Assembly (NCBI GenBank): GCA_012295275.1
Contig: CM022669.1
Coordinates: forward strand, 7,192,001 to 7,256,000
Origin: Chrysomallon squamiferum
Lineage: Eukaryota; Animalia; Mollusca
Direction of reading: 5' to 3'
DNA length: 64,000 nt
The notes beneath the pieces are model-generated. The model searched no databases. It saw only the letters and a list, made by a program, of their open reading frames with translations, and was not told where the DNA came from. Each line of letters starts with the position of its first letter. Position 1 is the first letter of the stretch. Below are positions 13,865 through 31,500 of this stretch, one piece after another. A program made the position numbers and the translations under genes.

Positions 13865-15330
13865 GTCTTGTATATATTTTGGAGTGATAAAAATTGTAAT
13901 AATTCAGTGTTAAAAAGTAAATTATTAGTTAATTTATCATTTCACTATTTTTCTTTCTTTTCTATTGTGTGCTCAAGTTGCAAAGATCATATGTACATGA
14001 CAAGCTGGATATAATTTAATAACAGAGTTATAAAACAATAAAGTAACAAGACAAACTGTTGCTTGACTATCAACAATATTTATATTTGCAACTGATTCTT
14101 ATTAAATGAGAAACCAAAACATGGTTTTGTTTTGAATGGAGAGTCAACATAGGTGAAAATGAAGATGTACAACTATTAAAAGAACATATACCATTTACAA
14201 AGTAATTCTTTACATTTACACACTGAACTTATATTAGTTTCAGAAGTAAATATGTTATTATAAAATACTGCAAAATGAACACCTTCAATTATTAGAGAAC
14301 ATAAAAAATAAATAAAATACACCAAAGCAAAAATAAAAACAAGAAAATCTCATTTAGAAAGTAATTCTTTGCATTTCACACATTCAGCTGTTAGTTTCAG
14401 ATGTAAATATGTTATTATAAAATACTGTAAGATGAACTTCTCTGATTACTAAAAAAACAACAAACTTCATTCAACACATTTCTTGTTGATGTTGTCTCAT
14501 TTTTTAAAATACTTCTAATGTATATAGAAGTAATTTTTCATGTGTGTGTGTGTGTGTGCGTGCACATGTGTGTCTCTCTTTCTGTCTAGCTGTAAGTATA
14601 TATATATATAGATAGATAGGTAGATTGATAGATAGATAGATAGATATGGATGTTGTCTTGTGTATGTGTTCTTTCTTTACTTACTCTGTCTGTTCTTCTG
14701 CATCACATGCATAAGCTACTTCAGTACTGTAAGCACACATAAAATAAAATATAATTATATGCGTTTATGAAATGTTTCATATTACACTTTGTTCCTTTAC
14801 ACAGAACTGGAGATAAGAACAAGAGTTACCCACCTTGATTCTTTATGTACAATGTGGCATGTATTTGAGTGTGTGTGTGTTTCTGTGTTTGTGTGTGTGT
14901 TTGTGTGTGTGTTTGTGTGTGTGTGTGTTGTCTTGAATATATTTTGGTGTGATAAAAATTGTAATAATTCATTGTTAAAAAGTAAATTATTAGTTAATTG
15001 ATCATTTCACTATTTTTCTTTCTTTTCTATTGTGTGCTCAAGTTGCAAAGATCAAATGTACATGACAAGCTGGATATATTTTAATAAAAAATTTATATAA
15101 CAATAAAGTAACAAGACAAACTGTTGCTTGACTATCAACAGTATTTATATTAGCAACTGATTTATATAAAATAAGAAATAAAAACATGGTTTTGGTGTGA
15201 ATGTAGAGCCAAGACAAGTGAAAATGAAGATGTACAGCTATCAAAAAATATATCATTTATAAAGTAATTCTTTGCATTTCATACACTGAACTCATGTTAG
15301 TCTGATTTGCAAATATGTTATTATATCAAA
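4700..15330. repeat. ~1-kb tandem (intron + micro-exon) repeat, ~10.5 units, with embedded (TG)n, (TA)n and (GATA)n and an internal ~150-bp sub-duplication
   Basis: Micro-exon spacing is 933, 1039, 965, 1047, 1052, 1036, 601, 994, 1031 and 1037 bp. The motif aaagtaattcttt(a/g)cattt…gtaaatatgttattataaaatactg occurs twice per unit. Confidence 0.95.
4950..14726 (-). CDS. Array of 11 symmetric 42-nt micro-exons encoding acidic 14-aa repeats (locus A)
   Basis: Exons 14685-14726, 13648-13689, 12617-12658, 11623-11664, 11022-11063, 9986-10027, 8934-8975, 7887-7928, 6922-6963, 5883-5924, 4950-4991. Each reads (t/a)acag|TACTGA…CAGAVAGA|gtaag, is phase 2-2 and has no stop codon. Confidence 0.8.
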
Positions 15331-15449
15331 TCATAAACTTTCAACAAACAAAAAAGCAAAAACAAACAAAAAACAACTTTGATGCACTTTTAGACTACAC
15401 TCATTATTACAAATAATAAACATCTGAAGTAAGAACAAAATAGACAAAC

Positions 15450-18749
<3,300 letters not shown>

Positions 18750-18764
<15 letters not shown>

Positions 18765-21700
18765 TAAATATAAAATATTTTGCAACCAAACTTTGCAGAA
18801 ATGCCAATAAATGATAATAATTATATAAGAAGATTATTATGCACTACATTAATCAAAGATATGTACAACTGAAAAAGACGCATCTGTTTATTTACATAAT
18901 CTCCATTGACAACCGAAAGAGTTAACTCCCTTTTAATAATTTGTAATATTACGGAGATTGCCGAAAATTGATAAATAAATCAATAATTCGGTACACATAA
19001 ACAAACTTTATTATATAATTATTTAATCATAAAATTATCTAACGTAATATTACAAATCTTTTAAAGTAAACCAGCAGTTTGAATACAGATCTTATCAGCA
19101 GCACCTATAGTGAATTTATTGCTACGATTTTATTTTTGCTGCTAGTGCCAAGTATTACAAAATATTGAACATTTTCCTTTTTTCAGACCCCTTCTGAAAA
19201 GACGACGACGACATTATGAGAGACAAGTCGCTGTTCTTCTAATGAATTTAAGAAGAAAAAAGGAGGTCTATTCAAGACAGACCATGCAGACCATTAGTCC
19301 AGCTTTGTATTCGTATCAGTTTTCAAGCATTTAGTTTTTTAGCACCAGTTTAGTTTATCAACATCAAATAAACTGACAGCTCCTTCGGTACTTATTTTTC
19401 TCAAATGAATGAAGCACATTTTGATATTCCTAGAAGTCAAAGTCATCCAAAGCCCATACCAGGTCAATGAAAACACCATGAAAATAATAATGGTAAAAGT
19501 AGTAGTAATTCATTGTCATATGTTGACAACAGCAAATTTTTATTTTCAAATTAAATTAGTTTAACTAAATTTAATGATTCTGAATGTACAGCCACTATTC
19601 ACTTGAACAACAAGAACAAATGTTAATTTCTTAATAATAAATTTAATTTCTTCAATGAAAAATATGTACAGAGATCAGTTACACAAGAACAAAATATTAC
19701 ATGCATCAATGCAGACCTTTATTATCTTAAACTGTCTGAATTTCCACCTTAAATCTCAGTACATACAAATATGATACATACAAATATGATTAGACCAGCT
19801 TTATTTTAATAAAGAACATTCTATAAAGACCTGAAATAAATCCACATGTGCAACCAACCCTTAACAAATGGCAATGTCATTGCAGACTGTTTTGTTTTTA
19901 TTCTAGAAAATTAAAATGGAGACTGCTGCACGTTTTAATTCTCCTTGGCAATGTTTCTGCCAAAGACAAGATTCAGTTTCTCAATCCAGAACTTAAAACA
20001 TTCCAGAGCAAAACTGTCATTGAACATGGTATCGACATGATTTTTCTAAATTTGTTTTTCTATTTATGTTTTATCCTCAGATATTGTACTGATCATTTTG
20101 CAGACTATTTGGATAATGTAAACTAAATTAAATATTAAACACTATAACACATTTTATTTAATGATGCAACATTGTTGTTATGTTTTAACATTAAAACATA
20201 AAGTTCATTTCAATTTCCAAACAATTTATTTCGTTTCAAAAATTGCTACAAACAAAACTGACGCACGCTCCCGGTGACTTCATATAATAATGTCCCCTCT
20301 TCCGGTTCCCTTAAACATCGTAAACTGTAACAATGTTAACTATAACACCATTTAAATACAACAATTGTATTCAGCTATATAACACATTTTATTTATGATC
20401 GTATAGTTTTGGACATATAGTTCAGAACAACCCAGATAACAAGAGATAATTTGAAACTGCCAATCTACTTTTATTTCTACATGTATACACTAATAGTCAT
20501 GCTCGTCACAAACTTTATAATACTTTTTGCCACCAATTTTAGTCTTTTTACATTATTATTCTTTGTAGTGATAGTAACTTGAGATGTTTAATAATGTTTA
20601 TTCAGAGGATTAGATAATAAATGCACAATGAACACTGATTTTGTACAAGAACATTAACTTGAGGTGTTTGATAAATGCACAATCTACACTCTGAGTTTAG
20701 ATGAAGATCCTGCAACAAAGAAGAAAGCATTGGCAACACACACAAGTTACTTATCTTGGACATATTAAGAACTACTGTTAATTAGAAACTGTAATTTTCT
20801 TTTGTACTGTTTATATTTTGATGTAGAACTAAATGTGTTTGCATATTTTTATTTTGTTTCCAATGGATGCAATTTATATTTTGAAAATTAATCTAATGAG
20901 AATTAAGGATCAAGTTGAAATTTTTATACTAAACATGTGATTATTGCACAAAAAAAAAAAAAAAAAATGGTCTAAACTTACCAATCGTTTACACACAGAG
21001 TGTATATTTGCTTATGGAGATTTATTAGTCTCATTGTTGTCAGTTATTTGGCACATTATTACATTATAATAAATGAAATAATTATTTTAAGTTATGTATT
21101 GATTTCAGTTTGTTATTTCCAACAAGAAAGAATGAATTTTTATGTGTTTTGATATGTAAACAAATTTTGAAAATCACCTTTTTGTTTATTTAATAACAAT
21201 AAAATACAAGCCAGTCATAATTATATATTACTAGTCATTTACAGATTTGGGTTATATAGTTAAATGGGACCACAGTTCTTTGTCAGAAGTGCAATATTAT
21301 GATTTTGTTTTTATCTTTTTGCATTTATATTAATAGCATTTTATTAACATGTGCAAGATTTCTGTTGTTAATATCTGGATAGCATAATAATAACAAAATG
21401 TTTAGCTTATTGAGTGTACATAATAATGAATTTTAAGTTGTTGTAATTTAGGTCTGTGAACACAAAATAAAATATAACTATATGCATTTATGAAAGGTTT
21501 CATATTACACCTTGTTCCTTTACATAAAACTGGAGAGAAGAACAGGAGTTATCCATATTGAGTTGTTAAATACAGTGTGTCTGTGTGTGTGTCTGTTTTC
21601 TTCTGTATATGTTGTTCCTTTACTGGACTAAAAAAATTGTAAGATTTTATTTTTAACAAGTAAATCATAATTTTAATTTATCTTTTAACCCTTGTTTTTT

Positions 21701-24418
21701 TTCTTTCTTTTTTGTTGTGAGCTCATGTCACAAAGATAATATGTACAAGACAAGTTGGATATATTTTAGTAACAAAATGTATTAAAAAAAGTATGAAAAA
21801 AATAAAATAAAATAAGAAACAGTTTCTTGACTATCAACAATATTTATATTAGCAACTGATTTATATAAAATAAAAAACCAAACATTGTGGGTCTTTTTAA
21901 TGGAGAAACAAGACAGGTGAAAACAAAGATGTACAACTATTAACAAAATATATCATATACAAAGTAATTCTTTACATTTAAACACTGAACTTATTAGTTT
22001 CAAATGTAAATATGTTATTATAAAATACTGCAAACTGAACACCTTCAATTATAAGGGAATTTAAAAATAAAATTCATCAAAGAAAAATAAAACCAAAAAT
22101 TTCTCATTTAGAAAGTAATTCTTTGCATTTCACACATTCAGCTAATGTTAGTTTAAGATATAAATATGTTATTATAAAATACTGTAAGATGAACTCCTCT
22201 GATTACAAAAAAAATTTACACACTTAATTCAACATATTCCTTAATGATGTTGTCTCATTTTTATAAAGTACAGCTAATGTATTTAGAAGTAATTTTTGAT
22301 TGTGTGTGTGTCTATCTCTGTCTATCTGTCTATATAATATATATATATATATGTGTGTGGATGTTGTCTTGTGTATGTGTTCTTTCTTTACTTACTTTGT
22401 CTGTTCTTCTGCATCACTTGCAGAAGCTTCTTCAGTACTGTAAGCACACACAAAATAAAATATAATTATATGCATTTATGAAATGTTTCATATTACACCT
22501 TATTCCTTTACATAAAACTGGAGATAAGAACAAGAGTTACCCACCTTGATTCTTTATGTACAATGTGTATGCATGTGTTTGAGTGTCTGTGAGTTTGTGT
22601 TTGTGTGTGTGTTCTCTTGTATATATTTTGGAGTGATAAAAATTGTAATAATTCATTGAAAAAAGCAAAAACTAAAAAAAACGATATTTTAATAAAAAAT
22701 GTATATAACAATATAGTAACAAGACAAACTGTTGCTTGACTATCAACAGTATTTATATTAGCAACTGATTTCTATAAAATAAGAAATGAAAACATGTTTT
22801 GGTTTCAATGGAGAGCTAAGACAAGTGAAAATGAAGATGTACAGCTATCAAAAAATATATCATTTATAAAGTAATTCTTTGCATTTCATACACTGAACTC
22901 ATGTTAGTTTGAGTTGTAAATATGTTATTATATCAAATCATAAACTTTCAACAAATAAAAAGCAAAAACAAACAAAAACAACTTTGATGCACTTTTAAAA
23001 CTACACTCATTATTACAAATAATAAACATCTGAAGTAAGAACAAAATAGACAAACCTTTGTTTTTTATTTCTACTGCTGGTGAGAGTTGATGGATCACAT
23101 AGTTTTAACATATAACCACTGCTCGAATTCTGACCAAGAAATGAGAATTATTCAAAAAATTAACCACATACTAGAATAGTGAAAAAACATTTGGAAATTA
23201 AATAACAATTAATATACTTGTTTTCATACATTTCAAAATTACAATTTCAATTAATTTAAAATAATATATTTTATTTACTCTGCACGTTTTTGTTTGTTTG
23301 TTGTTCGAAGCTTTATCATAGCTTTATCATATTTATATGTGACTGTACACATCTGCTTTCCAAATTCTAGAGGCATATATTTTGAAATTTATTATGACCA
23401 ATTTTATTACTTAGCAGTGTTCGTGAAAGGGATGGTGGGAATCGGCGTAGCTGGTGCAAGTTAAATGAAGGGATGCTACAGAAAATGTTCAGGTTACAAG
23501 TACTGTGAACAATATTCAAATTACTTGTTTGTCAAAAATACTCCTATAAATAATTGCATCAAATGCATTAACTATTAACAAGTTTATGTTACTAGCAATT
23601 AAATAAAATCAAAGTGTCTGTTCAATTTATTATGCAAAACGAAGTTCACTAGATAAACGGTTAGCAGATATTGCTGCCATTGCTGACAAATGGCAGGTGA
23701 ACTGGTCTTAAGCTGTAAGGTATGGCATGTAGTGAGACCTCTGCTTAGAGTATTCAATTAGTAAGAAAACTGGAAACTAGTACTGACTGATAATAAAGTA
23801 ATTTACTCCAAAACCAAAATAGCTATCAATACTTTAGTCACCTTATTTCTACTTCCTTGTATAAAATTATTACTATAAAACAGAAATCTATACATCACTG
23901 CATTCTAAAAACTTGTTATTACCATTAGAAAAGGTTGCAACTGCTGTATAATTACTTCCAATTATACAAAACATGCTTATGAATTTTGTTTACAATACTG
24001 TATTAATAGCTGTATTAATTTATGTGTAAAATACAAAAAATGTCTAAAATAAATAATTACCGTGGTGACCGTATCTGACTGTTTAATTACACGTCTTAAC
24101 TTCTGGTAAATGCGTTCGTAAACAGAGCTGTACTGAGAACAAATATCTTTGGTTTTAGGAGCAAGATTAAGAGCTCGTTTGTAATAACCTTCTGCATTTT
24201 CAAAATCCTTCTGCTTTTCTTCCACAGAGCCAAGATTTTCTAGAGCTTGAACCGTTGAGTTAAGATCACCTAAAATTTAAAGAGATTAAAAACAATCAGA
24301 ATTAATTTATTATTAAATAAAAATTATATTTTAGTTTAAACAAAACTGAAAACAAGTGTTTTAAACCTAACAGTTAAATATAAAATGGCAAAAACAGTCA
24401 TTGTTGGAATGGGTTTTA

Positions 24419-24460
<42 letters not shown>

Positions 24461-25546
24461 TATTACAAAACAAATAATAAATAGACATCCATGCAAAAAG
24501 GTCATTAACTGTTATTCATCATTTTAGCACTAGTAGTTTAGTTTGTAAATCTGTAGTATTCAAATAGTTAGTATTATAAAACCAACACACACACACACAA
24601 ACACACACACACAAATGCACTATATTAAATGAACTTATACTTTAATTAAATGACATACGACTGTTCCTGGCTGCCCAAAGAGCATGTAAAAAAGCTTCTT
24701 TAGCATTTTCTATCTGTCCCAGCTGACTGTATGCATAGCCCTGATTAAGAAAGCAATGACCTTGATTCTGCATATTTTTTAATTTTGCTAAAAATAAAAA
24801 GAACCATACAAACATTGAAATATAAATAAATAAATAGTGTGTAATAAATGAAAAACATTCAGTAGTATAAAATTCATCACCTACCTTCTGTAAATAAATG
24901 ATACATATTCTGTGGTTTTCACATATATGTTACTCAGATTCAGTATTATTCACGTTTCCAGCTGCAGTTTTATTATACAGTAGACCTTCAATTAATGGAC
25001 TAATAGTAGTGTTTGTTATTTCTGAAGTTTGTTAAATCACAAATGTTTTAAAATGATAAGACTGCAAAATTGTAACTCTTTAATCACTTAATTCTAACAA
25101 TGTGAAAAAAAAATGGTCAGGCTGAGCATGATATGATATATGATAACATATTGAGAAATGCATGGGTGCATCATATCGGTTATTGATGGCACTGAGTCTT
25201 CCAGAGGAATACAAGAGGGTTTACATAAACTAAGTAACTTGCATTCAAAATTCTTTATAAAAATTATTCTTGATGTTTTGCATTTATCAAAATGTTTATC
25301 ATCTGACATGTGTTGTGCAGTACATACCAAATATTTCAGCAGCACATCTCTCAAGTCCAATAGCTTCATCACATTTGTTCAGGTAACATTTGACAACTCC
25401 ACTGTTTTGATTAAGTGCTGCTCTAACCTTAGATGGGTCTTGGGAAATCACCTCTAAACCTCGGGTAAAACAGTCATCTGCTTTGTCCACATCATTTCTT
25501 CGTACATAAAACAGACCCAGGCTGTTGTACATATTAGCTGTTTGTT

Positions 25547-25590
<44 letters not shown>

Positions 25591-28500
25591 ACAATAACTA
25601 CAACAACAACAATACAAAGTAATCAAAATAATAGCAGCAATATCAAAATACTATTATTAATAATTTAATAGCTATATATTATAATTATATTTATGCATGT
25701 TAAATGGTTATACATTTTTAATGATTTTATTTTATTTTATTTTATTTATTTATTTATTTATTTCCGTCATTTTATTATGTCTTAGATTCGCATTTACATT
25801 CCTGCTGGAATTTTAATAGGCCTATATATCATATATAAATATGAATTAGATTTTTACTTACTTACATATAGAAATTGTCTCATTGTTAATTGAATTATTA
25901 ACAACATAATCATATGTTTACATTATTATTATTATTATTATAAAATATACGTTTTGCATCAATTCGATTCGTTTTCACAACTTACCCAAAGTGGATGGCA
26001 AAATATTGTTCTTATGTTTCAAAAGAGCTGCATAACAGAAGTCTCCATCGACTTGATTATCGTTACCATTGTTGTCTGCTTCATCACACTCTACCAAATA
26101 TTCTAACAAAGTACTGATACATTTTTCATAATTTGCCATTTTTTCGTAAGCTGACGAAAGTTTCTTTAGCCATTGTACATTCGACTGGGAGTCGGTTCTT
26201 GTCAGATCGACCAATCTCTTCAATACGTAGACTTCGTTTTCAGCTGCCGTTTTATCTTTGCTGTATGCTTGGTAGGCTTTTTCGAAATATCTTAGCACCT
26301 GATCGTCACAACCCTTCTTTTCGGAAGTTTCTTTAGCCATTAAATATAAAATATTTTGCAACCAAACTTTGCAGAAATGCCAATAAATGATAATAATTAT
26401 ATAAGAAGATTATTATGCACTACATTAATCAAAGATATGTACAACTGAAAAAGACGCATCTGTTTATTTACATAATCTCCATTGACAACCGAAAGAGTTA
26501 ACTCCCTTTTAATAATTTGTAATATTACGGAGATTGCCGAAAATTGATAAATAAATCAATAATTCGGTACACATAAACAAACTTTATTATATAATTATTT
26601 AATCATAAAATTATCTAACGTAATATTACAAATCTTTTAAAGTAAACCAGCAGTTTGAATACAGATCTTATCAGCATCACCTATAGTGAATTTATTGCTA
26701 CGATTTTATTTTGCTGCTAGTGCCAAGTATTACAAAATATTGAACATTTTCCTTTTTTCAGACCCCTTCTGAAAAGACGACGACGACATTATGAGAGACA
26801 AGTCGCTGTTCTTCTAATGAATTTAAGAAGAAAAAAGGAGGTCTATTCAAGACAGACCATGCAGACCATTAGTCCAGCTTTGTATTCGTATCAGTTTTCA
26901 AGCATTTAGTTTTTTAGCACCAGTTTAGTTTATCAACATCAAATAAACTGACAGCTCCTTCGGTACTTATTTTTCTCAAATGAATGAAGCACATTTTGAT
27001 ATTCCTAGAAGTCAAAGTCATCCAAAGCCCATACCAGGTCAATGAAAACACCATGAAAATAATAATGGTAAAAGTAGTAGTAATTCATTGTCATATGTTG
27101 ACAACAGCAAATTTTTATTTTCAAATTAAATTAGTTTAACTAAATTTAATGATTCTGAATGTACAGCCACTATTCACTTGAACAACAAGAACAAATGTTA
27201 ATTTCTTAATAATAAATTTAATTTCTTCAATGAAAAATATGTACAGAGATCAGTTACACAAGAACAAAATATTACATGCATCAATGCAGACCTTTATTAT
27301 CTTAAACTGTCTGAATTTCCACCTTAAATCTCAGTACATACAAATATGATACATACAAATATGATTAGACCAGCTTTATTTTAATAAAGAACATTCTATA
27401 AAGACCTGAAATAAATCCACATGTGCAACCAACCCTTAACAAATGGCAATGTCATTGCAGACTGTTTTGTTTTTATTCTAGAAAATTAAAATGGAGACTG
27501 CTGCACGTTTTAATTCTCCTTGGCAATGTTTCTGCCAAAGACAAGATTCAGTTTCTCAATCCAGAACTTAAAACATTCCAGAGCAAAACTGTCATTGAAC
27601 ATGGTATCGACATGATTTTTCTAAATTTGTTTTTCTATTTATGTTTTATCCTCAGATATTGTACTGATCATTTTGCAGACTATTTGGATAATGTAAACTA
27701 AATTAAATATTAAACACTATAACACATTTTATTTAATGATGCAACATTGTTGTTATGTTTTAACATTAAAACATAAAGTTCATTTCAATTTCAAACAATT
27801 TATTTCGTTTCAAAATTGCTACAAACAAAACTGACGCACGCTCCCGGTGACTTCATATAATAATGTCCCCTCTTCCGGTTCCCTTAAACATCGTAAACTG
27901 TAACAATGTTAACTATAACACCATTTAAATACAACAATTGTATTCAGCTATATAACACATTTTATTTATGATCGTATAGTTTTGGACATATAGTTCAGAA
28001 CAACCCAGATAACAAGAGATAATTTGAAACTGCCAATCTACTTTTATTTCTACATGTATACACTAATAGTCATGCTCGTCACAAACTTTATAATAATTTT
28101 TTGCCACCAATTTTAGTCTTTTTACATTATTATTCTTTGTAGTGATAGTAACTTGAGATGTTTAATAATGTTTATTCAGAGGATTAGATAATAAATGCAC
28201 AATGAACACTGATTTTGTACAAGAACATTAACTTGAGGTGTTTGATAAATGCACAATCTACACTCTGAGTTTAGATGAAGATCCTGCAACAAAGAAGAAA
28301 GCATTGGCAACACACACAAGTTACTTATCTTGGACATATTAAGAACTACTGTTAATTAGAAACTGTAATTTTCTTTTGTACTGTTTATATTTTGATGTAG
28401 AACTAAATGTGTTTGCATATTTTTATTTTGTTTCCAATGGATGCAATTTATATTTTGAAAATTAATCTAATGAGAATTAAGGATCAAGTTGAAATTTTTA

Positions 28501-31500
28501 TACTAAACATGTGATTATTGCACAAAAAAAAAAATGGTCTAAACTTACCAATCGTTTACACAGAGTGTATATTTGCTTATGGAGATTTATTAGTCTCATT
28601 GTTGTCAGTTATTTGGCACATTATTACATTATAATAAATGAAATAATTATTTTAAGTTATGTATTGATTTCAGTTTGTTATTTCCAACAAGAAAGAATGA
28701 ATTTTTATGTGTTTTGATATGTAAACAAATTTTGAAAATCACCTTTTTTGTTTATTTAATAACAATAAAATACAAGCCAGTCATAATTATATATTACTAG
28801 TCATTTACAGATTTGGGTTATATAGTTAAATGGGACCACAGTTCTTTGTCAGAAGTGCAATATTATGATTTTGTTTTTATCTTTTTGCATTTATATTAAT
28901 AGCATTTTATTAACATGTGCAAGATTTCTGTTGTTAATATCTGGATAGCATAATAATAACAAAATGTTTAGCTTATTGAGTGTACATAATAATGAATTTT
29001 AAGTTGTTGTAATTTAGGTCTGTGAACACAAAATAAAATATAACTATATGCATTTATGAAAGGTTTCATATTACACCTTGTTCCTTTACATAAAACTGGA
29101 GAGAAGAACAGGAGTTATCCATATTGAGTTGTTAAATACAGTGTGTCTGTGTGTGTGTCTGTTTTCTTCTGTATATGTTGTTCCTTTACTGGACTAAAAA
29201 AAATTGTAAGATTTTATTTTTAACAAGTAAATCATAATTTTAATTTATCTTTTAACCCTTGTTTTTTTTCTTTCTTTTTTGTTGTGAGCTCATGTCACAA
29301 AGATAATATGTACAAGACAAGTTGGATATATTTTAGTAACAAAATGTATTAAAAAAAGTATGAAAAAAATAAAATAAAATAAGAAACAGTTTCTTGACTA
29401 TCAACAATATTTATATTAGCAACTGATTTATATAAAATAAAAAACCAAACATTGTGGGTCTTTTTAATGGAGAAACAAGACAGGTGAAAACAAAGATGTA
29501 CAACTATTAACAAAATATATCATATACAAAGTAATTCTTTACATTTAAACACTGAACTTATTAGTTTCAAATGTAAATATGTTATTATAAAATACTGCAA
29601 ACTGAACACCTTCAATTATAAGGGAATTTAAAAAATAAAATTCATCAAAGAAAAATAAAAACCAAAAATTTCTCATTTAGAAAGTAATTCTTTGCATTTC
29701 ACACATTCAGCTAATGTTAGTTTAAGATATAAATATGTTATTATAAAATACTGTAAGATGAACTCCTCTGATTACAAAAAAAATTTACACACTTAATTCA
29801 ACATATTCCTTAATGATGTTGTCTCATTTTTATAAAGTACAGCTAATGTATTTAGAAGTAATTTTTGATTGTGTGTGTGTCTATCTCTGTCTATCTGTCT
29901 ATATAATATATATATATATATGTGTGTGGATGTTGTCTTGTGTATGTGTTCTTTCTTTACTTACTTTGTCTGTTCTTCTGCATCACTTGCAGAAGCTTCT
30001 TCAGTACTGTAAGCACACACAAAATAAAATATAATTATATGCATTTATGAAATGTTTCATATTACACCTTATTCCTTTACATAAAACTGGAGATAAGAAC
30101 AAGAGTTACCCACCTTGATTCTTTATGTACAATGTGTATGCATGTGTTTGAGTGTCTGTGAGTTTGTGTTTGTGTGTGTGTTCTCTTGTATATATTTTGG
30201 AGTGATAAAAATTGTAATAATTCATTGAAAAAAGCAAAAACTAAAAAAAACGATATTTTAATAAAAAATGTATATAACAATATAGTAACAAGACAAACTG
30301 TTGCTTGACTATCAACAGTATTTATATTAGCAACTGATTTCTATAAAATAAGAAATGAAAACATGTTTTGGTTTCAATGGAGAGCTAAGACAAGTGAAAA
30401 TGAAGATGTACAGCTATCAAAAAATATATCATTTATAAAGAAATTCTTTGCATTTCATACACTGAACTCATGTTAGTTTGAGTTGTAAATATGTTATTAT
30501 ATCAAATCATAAACTTTCAACAAATAAAAAAGCAAAAACAAACAAAAAACAACTTTGATGCACTTTTAAAACTACACTCATTATTACAAATAATAAACAT
30601 CTGAAGTAAGAACAAAATAGACAAACCTTTGTTTTTTATTTCTACTGCTGGTGAGAGTTGATGGATCACATAGTTTTAACATATAACCACTGCTCGAATT
30701 CTGACCAAGAAATGAGAATTATTCAAAAAATTAACCACATACTAGAATAGTGAAAAAACATTTGGAAATTAAATAACAATTAATATACTTGTTTTCATAC
30801 ATTTCAAAATTACAATTTCAATTAATTTAAAATAATATATTTTATTTACTCTGCACGTTTTTGTTTGTTTGTTGTTCGAAGCTTTATCATAGCTTTATCA
30901 TATTTATATGTGACTGTACACATCTGCTTTCCAAATTCTAGAGGCATATATTTTGAAATTTATTATGACCAATTTTATTACTTAGCAGTGTTCGTGAAAG
31001 GGATGGTGGGGGGAATGTAGCTGGTGCAAGTTAAATGAAGGGATGCTACAGAAAATGTTCAGGTTACAAGTACTGTGAACAATATTCAAATTACTTGTTT
31101 GTCAAAAATACTCCTATAAATAATTGCATCAAATGCATTAACTATTAACAAGTTTATGTTACTAGCAATTAAATAAAATCAAAGTGTCTGTTCAATTTAT
31201 TATGCAAAACGAAGTTCACTAGATAAACGGTTAGCAGATATTGCTGCCATTGCTGACAAATGGCAGGTGAACTGGTCTTAAGCTGTAAGGTATGGCATGT
31301 AGTGAGACCTCTGCTTAGAGTATTCAATTAGTAAGAAAACTGGAAACTAGTACTGACTGATAATAAAGTAATTTACTCCAAAACCAAAATAGCTATCAAT
31401 ACTTTAGTCACCTTATTTCTACTTCCTTGTATAAAATTATTACTATAAAACAGAAATCTATACATCACTGCATTCTAAAAACTTGTTATTACCATTAGAA

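Noticed and set aside
5433-15256. Many 60-83 aa ORFs (VCVCVC, YIYIYI, THTHTH) in the ~1-kb array
   Set aside because: They are microsatellite read-through or antisense to the micro-exons, and their frames shift between units.
4700-15330. CRISPR-like or pure satellite interpretation of the regular repeats
   Set aside because: Eukaryotic context with ~1-kb units and no unique spacers. It is explained by intron + exon tandem duplication.
19848-20126. 92-aa + strand ORF repeated at 27423 and 35859
   Set aside because: It starts with GTG and is repeated only because of recent duplication. The counterpart at ~51060-51300 is broken by indels, and no domain is recognisable.
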